Assembly: GCF_009914755.1 (NCBI RefSeq)
Contig: NC_060937.1
From: the human T2T-CHM13v2.0 reference genome, Homo sapiens
Reading direction: 5' to 3' (one strand)
Length of the DNA: 64,000 bases
Part shown: in pieces, positions 42,533-57,914 of the stretch
How positions within the stretch are numbered: position 1 is the stretch's first letter
How the letters are laid out: every line of letters starts with the position of its first letter
The notes under the pieces: model-generated
The model's database searches: none
What the model was told of the DNA's origin: nothing
The model's input: only the letters and a program-made list of their open reading frames with translations
Position numbers and translations under genes: made by a program

Positions 42533-42924
42533 TGTATGAGTCTGTTCTCACACTGCTATAAAGACATATCTGAGACTGGGTAATTTATTTAAAAAAGAAT
42601 TTTAATTGGCTCACAGTTTTGCAGGCTGTACAGGCTTTTGCTTCTGGGGAGGCCTCAGGAAACTTAACAACCGTGGTGGAAGGCAAAGGGGAAGCAAGCA
42701 CGTCTTACTTGGAAGCAGGAAGAAGAGAGATCGGGGAAGTGCTACTCACTTTTGAACAAGCAGATCTTGGGAGAAGTCCATCACAAAGTAACACTAGGGG
42801 AATGAGCTAAACCATTAGAAACCTCTACCAAGATCCAATCACCTCCCACCAGGCCCCTCCCCCAACACTCTGGATCACAATTTGACATGAGATTTGTGCA
42901 GGGACACAAATTCGAACCAAATCA
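42533..42924 (-). mobile_element. MSTA solo LTR
   Basis: tgtatgagtctgttctcacactgctataaag...gatccaatcacctcccaccaggcc...aaccaaatca. TSD TATAT at 42528-42532 and 42925-42929. Confidence 0.92.
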
Positions 42925-44915
42925 TATATTAAGAATATTTTTCACTAAATTTGTCCACATTTTCAGATCCTCATTTAATGCTAGAGGCAGGAGCACTTTA
43001 TAAATTCTCCTAAACACTATGTGATTCTTCCATCAAATTTTCCACATTTGCAAATTTGTCAGCCTTTAATTCCATATCACTCTTCTTTCTCATCTTCCTG
43101 CAACCTCACATATAAAGCACAGCAAATTTAGACTATTTCAAAAGTATGTATAAGGTATGCTTAAATGCATATGATTGAAGTACTAATGTTACATAATTGT
43201 TTAAATGTGCTACTGGTATATAAACATTTTTCTTTTAACAGTGTTTTATTAAATAAAATATACATTTGCTTATTTTCTGAGAGCACACATTAGTATATGT
43301 GTTGTAAAATATAAAAATTGAGCCTTTGGTAAAATTTTGAAGTCTAAATGTCGTGAATACAATATGGTTTTTGTCGGGATCAGTAGACCAATAATACTTT
43401 GTGATCAAGGCTCCTGTGTTATTTCCCCAAAGTGTTCCATAAAAGGGTTGTGTCCGGGTCATCGACTTCATCGGCCTTTTGCAAAAACTGCTGTCAATTT
43501 AATTATAGTCAAAGAGATCTGTGTTCTATATGATTAACCATAAAATAGAGTTCATTTCCTTGGAATGAATACATCTTATTATAACATTCTACATATTATA
43601 ATTTTCTGGGTATGGAAAGTATAAATCACATTTGAAAATTATATAATCACATTTTCTTTCCTACAAGAATTCAGTCATCCAGTACTTGTGCAATGGAAAA
43701 ATATTCCCCTGCCTTCATCACATAATTATTGCAATCTTCACTTTTTTGAGGGAAAGAAATGTTAAAAGTTATAGTCTAGAACTTTCCATTGCTTATAGGA
43801 GCTGCTCACAGTAAGGCTCACCTCAAGTATTAAACGCCACAAATGAAATACAATATGGTTGAGCTTAGGGACATAATTGGAACAAAACAAAACAAAAATA
43901 CACTTGTAAAAAATTTAACTTTACATTATAGTTTCTTCATGAAATATTGTCTGTAGTGTTTCATAGAAAAAAATTAAAAGTAAAACACAATAAAATTCAC
44001 ATATTATCAGAGGACCCCCAAATTACTAACTGCTTCAATAATAATAAAGGCCAGGTATTATCAAATATGACATATATGATATTTACACTTAATTTTATTT
44101 ATAATTGTTTTATAAATCAATGTTATTAAAGTGTATTTTGAAAAAAATTTATATAAAATATCTAAAGGAAGAGATCTTATAGAAGTTTTTAAAACCTATT
44201 TAGGAAATAATTTGCCATTTGCTTGTAAATTTATATGAAGACTTTATTCACCCTATAAGTATTCCCCCAACCGCCAGATATCTTGTGAGGCAAATGTTTA
44301 AAGAAGACATCACAGATGAGGAAAAACATAAAATTGGCACATATAAATGTAACAATAATTTTTAAAGTACAGATAGGTTGATTTAACATGCAATATAAAA
44401 ATAAAAACAAACGGACAAATTTGGATACCTAAAATTATCCTAATGTGGAAGGTGAAGTGTGTCCAAATGTTCAGACTAAATACACAGTACAGCAGGGTCA
44501 TTTACAAGTCTAGTTTAAAATGTGAGGTGCCATGTGTGGAGAAAAAAATATTGGCTGGAAGCAGGTTCAATTAGATGGATTCACTCGTGATTAAAAGAAA
44601 ACATCCAATAAGCATGTATTAACTAAATATTCAGATGCTATCATTGTTACACTTCTCTTGAATTTTACAGGTTCCCTTTGTTATGATTATTTCCATTCAT
44701 GTGTTTTAGAAATAGAAATCTATAGTTTGTTCACATTTCTGTAGTAAGATGCTTTCTGTATTCAAATACACTTTATATTGACAAAATATTATCCAATTTA
44801 TTTTAAGTTTTTAAAAGTTTTTGCAGGCTGCATTACCACATATTTGTCAATATTGCATTTAATTTGTCAAATATATGTAAAATGGTATAATGGTATTTGT
44901 GCTCCTATTTTTAAA

Positions 44916-45221
44916 TTTTTTTTTTTTTTTTTTTTTGAGACAGGGTCTTACTCTGTCACCCAGGCTGGAGTTCAGTGGTGCATTCATCGCTCACTGATGC
45001 CTTGACTTCTCCAGGCTCAGGTGATTCTCCCACTTCAGCCTCCCGAATAGCAGGGACTACAGGCACATGCCACCATGTCCAGCTAATTTTTTTTGTATTT
45101 TTTGTAGAAAACAGTTTTTGGCATGTTACCCAGGCTGGTCTTGAACCCTTGGGCTCAAGGAATCCACCCGCTTTGGCCTCCCAAAATGCTAGAGGACAAG
45201 TGTGAGCCACCGTGCACAGCT
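44916..45221 (-). mobile_element. AluJ
   Basis: Diverged dimer with gagacagggtct and gggctcaag diagnostics. Confidence 0.9.
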
Positions 45222-46932
45222 TGTTTTTACATTTTTAATCTGTTTATTTTACATATAGTTTAAACTTACATTTTATTGCTAATAAGAACAAAGAACATTA
45301 TCAGCTGTTACAAGTTAAGTTTTCTATTACTTTTTTTGCCCTACAAAAAAAGCAACTATATTTGTAAATTAATTTATGAAAAGGAAGAGTCTGGGAATCA
45401 TTTTATAAGCAATTCAAATAAAACAGAGTTTATATGCATAGAAAACACAGTATTGGTGTTTTAAAAACAAACATATAATGTGAATTATTAGCTTATATTT
45501 AATATTCCTATTTTAAATATAAAACTTTTATAATATAACTTTTTTAATTTGAAAATGGCCAAGAAACTTTCTATTTTTTACAACAGAAATAACATGGCAC
45601 AAAAAACGTAATTAATTTTGACAGAGTAAATATTTCTGTTCTTTACGGATATGAAATAAATTGAATCTTTGTCATATATAGTCAATATATTAGCCTACAC
45701 TGTGCTGGTTATATCATTTACATATTTTATTTGTGTCAGTAAACACAAAATCATAAATTGACTCATTTTACATCTTCCAATTATGACAAACTTGTCAACT
45801 ATTAATATTTGGATTTTTGCATCAATACTAAATCAATGTTTGCATAAACCACTTACGTTAGAAAACTGTAGTCTGTGCATCCAACTGAATAAGAAATTGC
45901 AAGGTGAAAACAGGCTGTCTTTAAGTACCAATATCATCAATGATTAACAGAAATGGAATGGTTTAAAAATACATGAGTCAATCTCAACTATTTTTAATGG
46001 AAAGATGTGTGTGTGTCTTTTCCTCAAAATGGATTGTTCTGAGGTAAATATAAACAAGGAAAGGCATATACTGTTCCATTTTCTGTCACATTTTGAGCAA
46101 CATGATAAATCAAAAAAGTTGGATTTGATTAAAAAATTATATTCTGCATCTCTACCTACACCTTACTATTATGCTATTATTGCTAATTCTTAAACTATCC
46201 GTAACATGCTAGTTTTCAGATGTATCATTATGCTTACACAAGTCATTTAAGGTTTTGTGCATTCTCATTCATATTATTTTAGTAGTCTTACCATAAGAAA
46301 TTATATTTTAGAAACTCCTTAATCATATATTAAATTGCCCTCAAGAGCTTTCTTGATTTTAACCCTCTGTATACCATCCTCTGATTCCATTATTAATTTG
46401 CAGATGATTCACATAGAAGACGTTTGTCTTTTTCTTGGCAAGCATATTAATAATGAAATCATTGCTAATCTTAATTATCTTAATTTGTAATGTCACTTTC
46501 ATCTATTATATTCCAATGTTTTATGTTAATTGCCAACAGAACACAAAAACATAAACTATATCTTTGAAAAATATTAGTTTACTTTTCTCATGCAGTTTTG
46601 GCATTTGGAAGAATAAAAATATTGATCTCTTAGCAAAACAGTATGGTTTATTGTGGATGCCTTTCCAAAATGCTCTTTTTTTTTTCATTTTATGTCAAAA
46701 TAATTAGGTTACAAGATGGGACAAAACAAATCTGGTGAAAACATTTTACTGAAATCACATTTATTGTGTGACACAGAGGGTTTCAAGCCTAAACAGTCTT
46801 GTTCTAGAGTACACGGCAATATCAAGTTTGTGATTTACCTTATATATGCATATTTCTGTCTGACAGGAGCAGAATTTAGAGTGAATCACCTCGTTCAGGA
46901 AGTCAGTTTAATGTCATGAAAATTAAAAAGAA

Positions 46933-47294
<362 letters not shown>

Positions 47295-47302
47295 TCATCT
47301 TC

Positions 47303-47526
47303 CAGGGTTGGCAAACTATGGTGCTGCTGAATAAACCCTGTCACCAATCTGTTTGTGTTGAAAAAGAAATGAAAAATTCGACCCATTTGTCCAGTGTTGA
47401 TTATGTCAGCTTTTATGCTACAATGACACAGTTGAGGATTGGCAAAAAAAAAAATTGGCCATATGGCCTTCAAACCCTAAAATATTTAGAATCTGGCGCT
47501 TTATTGGAAAAATGTATAAACCTCTG
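47303..47526 (+). mobile_element. MER58A (hAT-Charlie MITE)
   Basis: cagggttggcaaactatgg...gctacaatgacacagttgag...cctaaaatattta..atctggc. Confidence 0.75.
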
Positions 47527-47825
47527 AGATCTGAATTATCTTAACTCTGAATCTTTTTTAAAAAAGCATTATGCTAGATCATTGAGGAAATGTTCATCCC
47601 CATTCTATCTCTAAATGATTTTTTGGTTTTATCTTGAATAATTTGATTTTTTATGTTATCTAGCAAAGTTTAATTGCTACAAATTTACATAAAATATGTA
47701 GACATGTAATTTCCCTGAATTAAAAAAATTACAGTTAGTCAATATTTTAATAGGTCTCTTTTTACTTAGTTCTTTTATGTTTTGCTTCATATTTATAACA
47801 GTGATTTTATGATAGTTAATATATA

Positions 47826-48154
47826 CAGTTTTTTCTCAGTATCTGTGGGGTATTGGTTCCAGGAGCTCCAGCAGATAGCTATATGCTCATGTTCCCATAT
47901 CTAAAATGGCATAGTATTGGCATATAACCTATGAAATCCTCCAGTGTATTTTAAATCATCTCAAAATTACTTATAATACATAATGCAATGTAAATGCTAT
48001 GTAAATACTTGTTATGCTGTATTATTTAGGGAATAATGACCAAAACAAGTTTGTAAATGTTTAGTATGCAAGCATTTTATTTTTTCAAGTATTTTCCATT
48101 GTGGTTTGTTGAGTCCACAGATACAGACCCCATGGATAGGAAAGGCTAACTCTG
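47826..48154 (+). mobile_element. MER2 (TcMar-Tigger MITE)
   Basis: cagt...ctcagtatctgtgggg.attggttccagga, aatgcaatgtaaatgctatgtaaata, cccatggata. Flanked by TA on both sides. Confidence 0.85.
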
Positions 48155-48469
48155 TATATCCTTTGATTTTAGCTTTGTGAGTTTGTATTTCAAACAATAA
48201 TGGTAATGAATTAAATAAATCTTCATCTTAATGGGAAGAAATAGGAAATTGTTGAATACTATTCAAACAGTTCAAAAAAATTACACAACATTAGTTTGGC
48301 CTGTCATGCTTCCAACTCAGACCAAGTAAAAAAATGGCAATGAGAAAACATATATATATAATTTAATGGCATATTAAGTACATTATATACAAATATATAC
48401 AAATAGGGATACATTAACTTCTTCTGTAGGAGCACATACACAAACACACAAACATGATGTAGGAAGGCT

Positions 48470-49361
48470 TGTGTATAAAATAGGAAAAAAGTTGTTGTTC
48501 CTAATCTCATACTCAACAGACAATACCACTGTGACCCAATCAGCGTTCTCCAGCACAAGATGGGTGTCCTGTAATTCCATTCAATCTGACGCTACCTGAA
48601 GATAGTGTCAGAACCCGCAGGTTAAGGGCTCTGTCCCCAAAGACTGTCCCCCTCTTCAGATGCCATTCACAAGAGTAGGCTCCAGGTTTTTCACAGCTTT
48701 TGTCTTATTTGGTTGGAAATCAGAGCTTTCCACAACTCCCTCCTTGGGCTACATCATTTTCTAGAGAGACTAACAAAACTCAAAAAAGTGCTTTACTGAC
48801 TTTCTCTGGTTTATTCTAAAGGATAACACAAAGGATACAGATGAACAGCCAGACAGAAGAGATTAATAGGGTAAGGTATGGGAAGGGGTGGGGAACTTCC
48901 ATGTCCTCTCCATGTGTGCCACCTTCCTAGCACCTCCATGTGCCCAGCAACCTGGAAACTCTCTGAACTTTATATTTCGGGGATTTTTATGGAGGCTTCA
49001 TAATAATTGATCACACAGGAATGATCAATTACTATCAAAATCTCCAGCCCCTCTCTCCTTCCAGAAATGCAAGATGGAGCTAAAATTTCCAATTTTCTCA
49101 TAAAGCCTGGTCATTAGGGTGATCAGCCCCATCTAGAAACCCAGTAAGAGTTGCCTCGTTAGAACAAAAGACACTTCTGCTACCCAGGAATTTCCAAAGG
49201 ATTAGGAGCTCTGTGACAGAAACCTGGCCCAAAGACCACATATTAGACAAAAAATATGTGTACAGTACCCTTACTGCTCAGGAAATTACAAGGGTTTTAG
49301 AAGCTCTGTGACAGAAATGGAGCAGAAACCAAATATAAATTTTTTATTTCACAGTATCACA
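48470..49361 (-). mobile_element. MER21B/C-like ERV-L LTR
   Basis: caggttaagggctc.gtcccc.aagactg, ggatacagatgaacagccaga, ttttatggaggcttcat, ends atttcacagtatcaca. Confidence 0.85.
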
Positions 49362-50042
49362 GCCTGTGAGAATCCTTCAATCATATCCTGCTATTGTATT
49401 TATTACTTTGTCCAACCAAAAAAGATATGCAATTTTTGGAAAATCCTTGGTCACTCAGTAGTAATGCATCCTTTTTTCACATTCAAAATCCAGATATTAA
49501 CATAATACCGCTAATATATACTTGTAATTCTTTTAACTCTTTAACAATCGATGATTGCCAAAAGAGATATAGAAACATACAATTTACTGTAGAAAATTTA
49601 AGAGCAAAAAAATATTTGTCAGGAAGCCAAAAGAGTTAATTTTGAAATTGTGTTTTCACAACAAACATCCAAATAAAGGTATTCCTTGGTAGAATATTAG
49701 GGTTGAGAGTTTTGAGGAAAGATTATGGTTTACAGTACAGTTTTAGAAATTATCAACAGATACATACTTGTTACATTTTTGCTAGTAAATTTGGTCTTCA
49801 AGAGAAAGCATTTGTATATCAATAAAGTAGAGAAAAAAGCAAATAATATTTAACATATTTCTGATTTATTTTGCAAAAATGTCACTAGCATAATTCTGAT
49901 TCCATGAATTCAAGATAGATATGTCTGTAAAAGATAACATTTCACTTGGGTGTTTGTTTTGGAAAGGAACAATATATCTCTTATTGCCCTATTATGTCAT
50001 GAGTATACAAGAGTCAAAAGGAATGATATCTCTGAATCTTAA

Positions 50043-50434
<392 letters not shown>

Positions 50435-50543
50435 AGTAGATACTTAAATTATTAGTCAATTTCTTGGTTACTGTGATTATGATAATGTGACCCAGCATAA
50501 TACATTTAGGAAAGCTGTAACTCTAACAAAGGAAAAGAGCAAT

Positions 50544-50853
50544 TTTTTTTCTTTTCTTTTTTTTTTTTTTTTTTTTTTGAGACTGAGTCTCTGTTGCCCA
50601 GGCTGGAGTGCAGTGGCGCGATCTTGGCTCACTGCAACCTCCGCCTCCCGGATTCAAGCAATTCTCCTGACAGCCTCCTGAGTAGCTGGGATTACAGGCA
50701 CGCCCCACCATGCCCGACTCATTTTTGTATTTTTAATAAAAACGGGGGTTTTGCCATGTTGGCCCAGCCGGTCTCGAACTCCTGACCTCAGATGATCCGC
50801 CTGCCTCGGCCTCCCAAAGTGCTGGGATTCAGGCGTGAGCCACCTCTCCCAGC
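50544..50853 (-). mobile_element. AluS
   Basis: Full dimer. TSD ggaaaagagcaat at 50531-50543 and 50854-50866. Confidence 0.95.
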
Positions 50854-51018
50854 GGAAAAGAGCAATGTTTAAATTTACAAATCAGTGTTACAGTGATAGG
50901 AATAGATATGTATATATGTAATCTTATCTTTCAGAAAATGTCATTCATGTATCTGTTCATAGTATCAATCAATCTTGATGCTGAGAATTAAAATTTAATA
51001 ATATATTTTTATTAGTAA

Positions 51019-51350
<332 letters not shown>

Positions 51351-54189
51351 AGGCTTTAACTTTTAAAAAGCTGTTTTACAACTTATGGGCTAAGGAGTAC
51401 ATTGAAGTTGTGTGGGCTCATTAGTTTTCTCAGAGACTCATTGTGGAGTGGCATGTCTTTATAGACTGTGGCCTTCCAGCATCTGTTTAACGGCAAGTTT
51501 GAGTGTCTGACCAAAGCAAGATCCTATTGCGGCTGTTTTATAGACACATTCTTCAGTACTAAACTCAGTGATATTGAAAGAGATGAAGAGAGACATAGAG
51601 TTGGGATGGAGAAAACTGTTAAAAATGAAACAGGTGTATTAAAATATTCTTTAAAAATTCACAAGGTGTGCCAAGTTTGGTTTTTCGATAGACATCTTTT
51701 TAACACTGACAAGATCCATCACGTAACAGAGAACCTAGTGTTCACCTTGAATATTTAGCTCTTGAACAATTTTAGTTCAATTCAATTACAGCTTTGTGAG
51801 TGTAACATACTAGAAATGAAGTTGTTTATCAAATTCACTAGAATAATTACAGATTTATATGTTTTAATGCTGAGTGTATGGGTCCCATCTTGTTTCTTTT
51901 AAATCACTGCAGTTCCACACTGCTTTTTTCTTCATAAGCTTTACTTCACTTCCAGATATCTGATAGTTTTCTAAGTTCCTTAAAACAACAGAAAATGAAA
52001 GCGTTTTTGATTAAATAAAACCCTTAAGATGAATTCACATAGTTAATTTAGGCAAACATTAATAGTTCTCTGAACTCTCTAAGATGCACAACTAAAATTA
52101 AGTTCAAACATGTTCCTATTATAAGAATTACATTAATTCAAATACATTCCTTTTACAAGGATTACATTAGATCATGAACTTTACATCCATGGATGCTGTA
52201 TTTCTATTCTCCTACTTTTGTAGACTTAGTATGTGGCTCCTTGCCACCTTCATCTGATTGTTCTTAATTATACTGTTTACACACATAACTCTTCACATTA
52301 AATAAAATATTTTAAAGTTTTCAGTTGGTTTATTGTGCTAACTGAAGTGTTTTTGTGTAATGACACTCAGATGATGTCAATAGAAACATATTATTAGAGA
52401 TGATTATGCAATTTTCTGGAATTCAGTGGTGTTTCCATGATATTTAAATTCATTTTTACCAGAAGCAAGTAGCTGGAAAACAAATGATGGCAAATCTAAG
52501 ACAAAGATATCATTTTTCATTATCTTCAATAATAGTATAGTCTATTGTTATTTGGTTAAAACAAAAGAGAGACTAATAATCAACATCATTATATTTTGAG
52601 TGAGTAGGTCGTATAGGTTTGATTAGTCAAATATATATGTAAAATAAAACATGTAATAAGGACATTTGTTTTTCATAAACTTAATACTTGCACTAAAATA
52701 ATCTAAACATCGTGACATATCATATGAATATATGAAGTATTAATATATTAAATTTCCATTAATAAAGCTTTAAAAATTAACATGTAAATAATAATAATTA
52801 TAATATAAGTTAAGATTGTGTAATGAGAGTAGTTTATTATTCAAAACACTTATTTTACATGATCTTTAAAGTAATTGTTTCTTTTTAAGTATTCCTTTCC
52901 TATGATGTTGAACCATGGCATGGATGATGACTTTCTATAATAGTTCAGGGTTCCAAAACACTATATGTATTGTATTTCAAATAACTTGTTTCTGGGTCTT
53001 GCATAGTTTGTTTAGATAATAGAATAGCTGAAATCACAAATGAAACGGCATGTAGAATATACCACTCAGGAAAATCAAGTTGCTGTTTTCAAAATATACC
53101 TATTAACTCCTTCAGGAAAACTTACTTTTGTTAAATTCATTTATTATACACATAGAGAAAATATTGCAGCTGAAACTGAGTCCTATAATGCAGTCATATA
53201 ATGAAGTAAGAATGAATTAAATATCTGGAGGAGAGATTGGCCAATTTCCATTAAGTAGGCTGGGGCCATTTTGGAGTGGGAGTACTTCTAGCATTTCCCT
53301 CAGGGTGGCTATGACCAAGATACAAAAGCAGGAGAAAATGATAAAAATACCAAAGGGGAGCACATAAGAAGGGAGTGAGTGTAGGATGGTAACACAGGCC
53401 ATAGAAAAAGAGCAAAAGGATTCATGAACAAGTCCAATTGTTGCCCATTGTGAAGCCACATATGTCTTCACGAGAGGCCACATAGAGGAACTAAGTTGAA
53501 TCTGGTTTGACTTGTTCCCCCATGCAGGATTTGCAGACCAGTATGAGGGAACAGTGTGCACACTGTTCCTATCTGAGGTAGAGAGAGGTGTCCTAAGCAA
53601 GGTATAAGCAAATGTCTTTATAAATTCATTTTCAGGGAATTTGAAAGACGTTCCTGGAGGAGGCAGCACTGAAGAATGGGTAAGGTTTATACCTGTATTG
53701 TTGCTGAATACAATTATAATACTCAGGTTTTAGGATAAAAAGCATGTTCATAAATTGCCAAAATAAAAGATAGATTATTTCTAGATGCAATATGTGCTGA
53801 TATCCTATACCTTCTTAAACATTACCTTTAATCTATTAAGGCTTTTCCTTCCCTGTAACTATTTTTCTCATTTATCTATTTGTATTTCTTCACTTTGTTT
53901 TAACATCTGCCTTTAGAGTCACTTTTTAAATAATTTTCTTAGAGTGTTTTTATTTCATTTGGGCTCTTGGATACTTCATGTAAAGAAGTTATGAATCAAA
54001 TTTTTACTAATTCCTTAACTGAGATTTATATTACTATTACTTCCTTATTCTCTGACCTGTCCAGTAACGTTGATGACAATGAATAATACCTGCCTTTTCT
54101 CCTGTCCCAAACACTTTATTAGACTCCTCAAATTATCTAGAATTAAATTCTACAGAAAAAAAATCAAACAGGTGTATTGATCTCATTCA

Positions 54190-54270
54190 ATAGATGAGAT
54201 CAGTGAGCCTCCAAAAGGTTAAGTTACTTTCCTAAATGTTAATCCCAGTCTCACTGATGCCAAAGCCCCA
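54190..54270 (-). mobile_element. MIR fragment
   Basis: agatgag...aggttaagttactttcctaa. Confidence 0.45.
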
Positions 54271-56233
54271 GGCTTCTTCATGGTTATATTCCGTGCACTT
54301 CTGTAGAGCTGGCAGAGCCAAGCCTAGAGACTGTGTCTTAACTTCCTAGCCCTTCCAATGTATGTCTGACTGCATTTGAAAACTGCAGGTACTTATAGCA
54401 CAGCTGGAAGAAATGGAGAAAGAAAGGATTATATTTTTTCATATTACCCTATGAAGATCAGAACAATCTACCAGATTATTATTTATATATGATAAAAAAA
54501 TGAGCTAAACCATTTAAATCAACCCTTTGGGTTAGAGAGGTCAAAATAGTGAAATTGATGACCCAGCAGGCAATCTTTCTTGTGCTTTTTTTCCTTTCCT
54601 AAAGTACCATGTGTTGTTATATATGTCCTTGGAGAAACTATGTGTTTAATATTTAGTCTACTTAATATTTTAACTCTGAGCTATTGCTCACTGAGGCAGA
54701 AATCTGGATACTGAAGTCATACAGCTAAGTCCTATTAGAAGGCTAAAGAAACTACTTACAATTTCAGAATGTTGATCTGGGCCATTTGCTGTGAATTGCA
54801 ATGAGGCAGAAAATGCATTTTAGAGTTTGCTGTATTAGAGATAATGGAACTACTTTGCTCAAGAATGAAGAGATAATTTAAATATAATTTTTTGCTTCAT
54901 ATACAATCTCACTATATGTTTTAGAGTCACTTGTATTATATAATGCTTATCTTTGCAGTTTTAATGTGACTATGACATTTTATTAGCTTCAAATGCCTAT
55001 TCCCCAGATTTACTATCACACTGTTGCCCTACCCACCCCACCCCACTCCACCGCACCCCCATTTTTATGGAAATGGATCTCCTTTTTAGTGGTTGCTTTT
55101 CTGACTTCTGCCTTGAAGACAGTTCTTGACCTCTCACTGATGCGTCAGTGCTATGCTGTGACAGCTGTCATATATTTGCAGATCTGCTTTGAATGCTTTG
55201 TTTGTATAACATCCCTTCACTTCACCTTTTTCCATGTTTTTGATGCCACTCGCTCAGCTTAATCTACTTGTGATGTGAAATGAATGAGTTTTCTTACACA
55301 CACATGAAAAGGAGAAGTGAAGGAAAAAGACAGGAAAATCCAAACATGAGACAGTTTTGGACAACTATTGGTTGGGGGATTCCAAGGTTAAAAGTGTGAA
55401 TTACTTTCAGACCTGGGTTGATGAAAATTTTTATGCCATTTGTAGCTCTATTTAGCTTTGTGATGCATCCAATCTTATGGATAGCATAATCATTCGCATA
55501 TAACCTGTAATATTATGCTGTTGACACATTTTAAAACAATAGTGAAATCCTAACACCATAAGATAAAGGATTTATTATTCTTATTTTATAAACAGACATT
55601 CTTAAGAGATTCCATAATGTACTTTGAGACATTTTCTGAGGTGGGCATCTGAAGCTCAGCTTGTAGTTTTTGTCATCCAGTTAATCAGTAAGATTTTATG
55701 GCGTTTGCCTCATAACAATTTGTATGGACAATCTTTCATTAACCTCTGCTTCTGCATTTTACTCTTATCACCAGGTCCAAATCACATCCCCAGGAAGTAA
55801 ACTAAGTTTTATTTGCTAAAATGTGTTTATAATATATGTATGTGTGTATATGTGCTAAATACAGTAAGTTAAAAAAATTGACAATAAAGAATGACTGGTC
55901 TCAAGGATCCAGTGGTTTAGTGGATGTTTTGTTAGATTTATTCAAGAGATTTTGTTTTCATATTGCTTGATGGTGTCTTTTAAGAGGTGTCCATATATTT
56001 ATTACAGTCTGTTTCTCTTTTGTGGCTTTCATTTCCAAACTTTTTTCTCTCTTTTTATCACTGAACAAAAAGTATGTACTGCACCCAGCTGGCAACTAAC
56101 ATAATTATACTAGCTAGCTGTCTTTACAAATACCACTCTACTATCTTCATTGATGTGATTTATGACTTTGACCGAACTTTTCCAGTAAATTCTTGCTAAG
56201 GTAGATAAAAGTTGCTCATTGTATTGCCCATTG

Positions 56234-56524
56234 TTTTTCTTCATTTATTTATTTTTATTTTACTTTAAGTTCTGGGATACATGTGCTGAACGTGCAGTTT
56301 GTTACATAGGTACACATGTGCCCTGGTGGTTTGCTGCACCTATCAACCCATCATCTAGGTTTTAAACCCCACATGCATTAGGTATTTGTCCTAATGCTCT
56401 CACTCCCCTTGCCCTCGACCCTCCGACAGGCTCCTGTGTGTGATGTTCCCCTCCCTGTCTCTGTGTTCTTATTGTTCAACTCCCACTTATGAGTGAGAAC
56501 ATGCGGTGTTTGGTTTTCTGTTCC
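56234..56524 (-). mobile_element. L1PA8-like, 5'-truncated 3' end
   Basis: tactttaagttctgggatacatgtgc, catctaggtttt..cccc.catgcattaggtatttgtcctaatgctct, cccacttatgagtgagaacatgcggtgtttgg. Confidence 0.92.
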
Positions 56525-56621
56525 AGTCTCATAATCCCATTTTAAGTAAGTCAAAATGTTCAACTTTCTATAGACAGTATCAAATAATTAATCCTCCAAG
56601 ACCATTAAAAACCTTATGGAA

Positions 56622-56909
<288 letters not shown>

Positions 56910-57914
56910 GAAAATTTAAAAAAATTTAAAACCTTATAAAGCTGTTTAAGTATTACTATTGGGAAGCCAGAATTTGACAATTTTGGAGGTCCAAGGAGAA
57001 CAAAATTAAGCTGTTTTCCTCTCTATGTCACAATGCTTTCCATTCAGAAACAGCACTTGCTTCTGCAAGTCCTTGGGCATGTAGCTTGAGTGTCTCTCAG
57101 AACATGATAATTATCGGTAATTAATTAGATTGTGTCTGAATGTTAATTTCTTTGCATCAAAGCTCCTCAAATACCAATTTAATTTCCTATCCTTGTGTTA
57201 AAAAAACCTTTCCTAGAGACCCTTTGATCATCTGATCAGATGTGAAAACTTCCGTTCTTTTCTTTGTGTTAAGAACACTGTTATTTGTCTCTCTCTCCCG
57301 CCTGCCCCTTTTTGTTACATGTCTTTTAATAGGAAAGTACTCAAGAAAGAAGATAGACATAGACCCCAGTAAGCCCACTCTTCAAGCCAAACCTGGTGAA
57401 TAAAAAATTCAGAGCGTTCCTTATACTAGCATTCTTTAGTCCAACTTTACCTCAGGTCACTTATCAAAACTTTCTAAGGAGTTTCCACAGTGTTTTCTTG
57501 TTTTGTCTGTGAACATTTGAATCTGAGAGAGATCCCTTAACAATACTTTCTAACAAAAAGTGCAAAATAGTTGGGTGAACAAATTAGTTGGTCACAGTCC
57601 AGACATTAGGCTGAGGGTCCCAAAACATGAAGTCATAGCAACTATTTTAGCAACAATTTCAGTGGGTTTATTTTAGTCCAAATTTTAGACAGTGTTCCCT
57701 CTGGGACTTACTACTACTTCATAAATGTATTTATGCTATAACTCATATTGGTAGACTGATATTTTAAATGCTATAATTTAAAATTACATTGGCCAATTGT
57801 GGAAACTTGATACAAAAACTGTATTGCTTAAGAGGTGCCTTAGAATCAAAAGGGAGCAATATTTCAAATACTAAATGCAAGTGCTTATTTCAGATAATGT
57901 TTGGCAGTGTATCA

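Noticed and set aside
49185-49335. Imperfect direct repeat (gga..t.c.aa.gg.ttag.agctctgtgacagaaa) in MER21
   Set aside because: Appears to be an intrinsic feature of MER21 LTRs rather than a locus-specific event.
53217-53669. 150-aa minus-strand ORF
   Set aside because: Non-ATG start, no recognisable domain and no exon context. Compatible with a chance ORF in a less AT-rich patch.
54178-54202. Hairpin tgatctcat-7nt-atgagatca
   Set aside because: 9-bp arms overlapping a MIR remnant; expected by chance.
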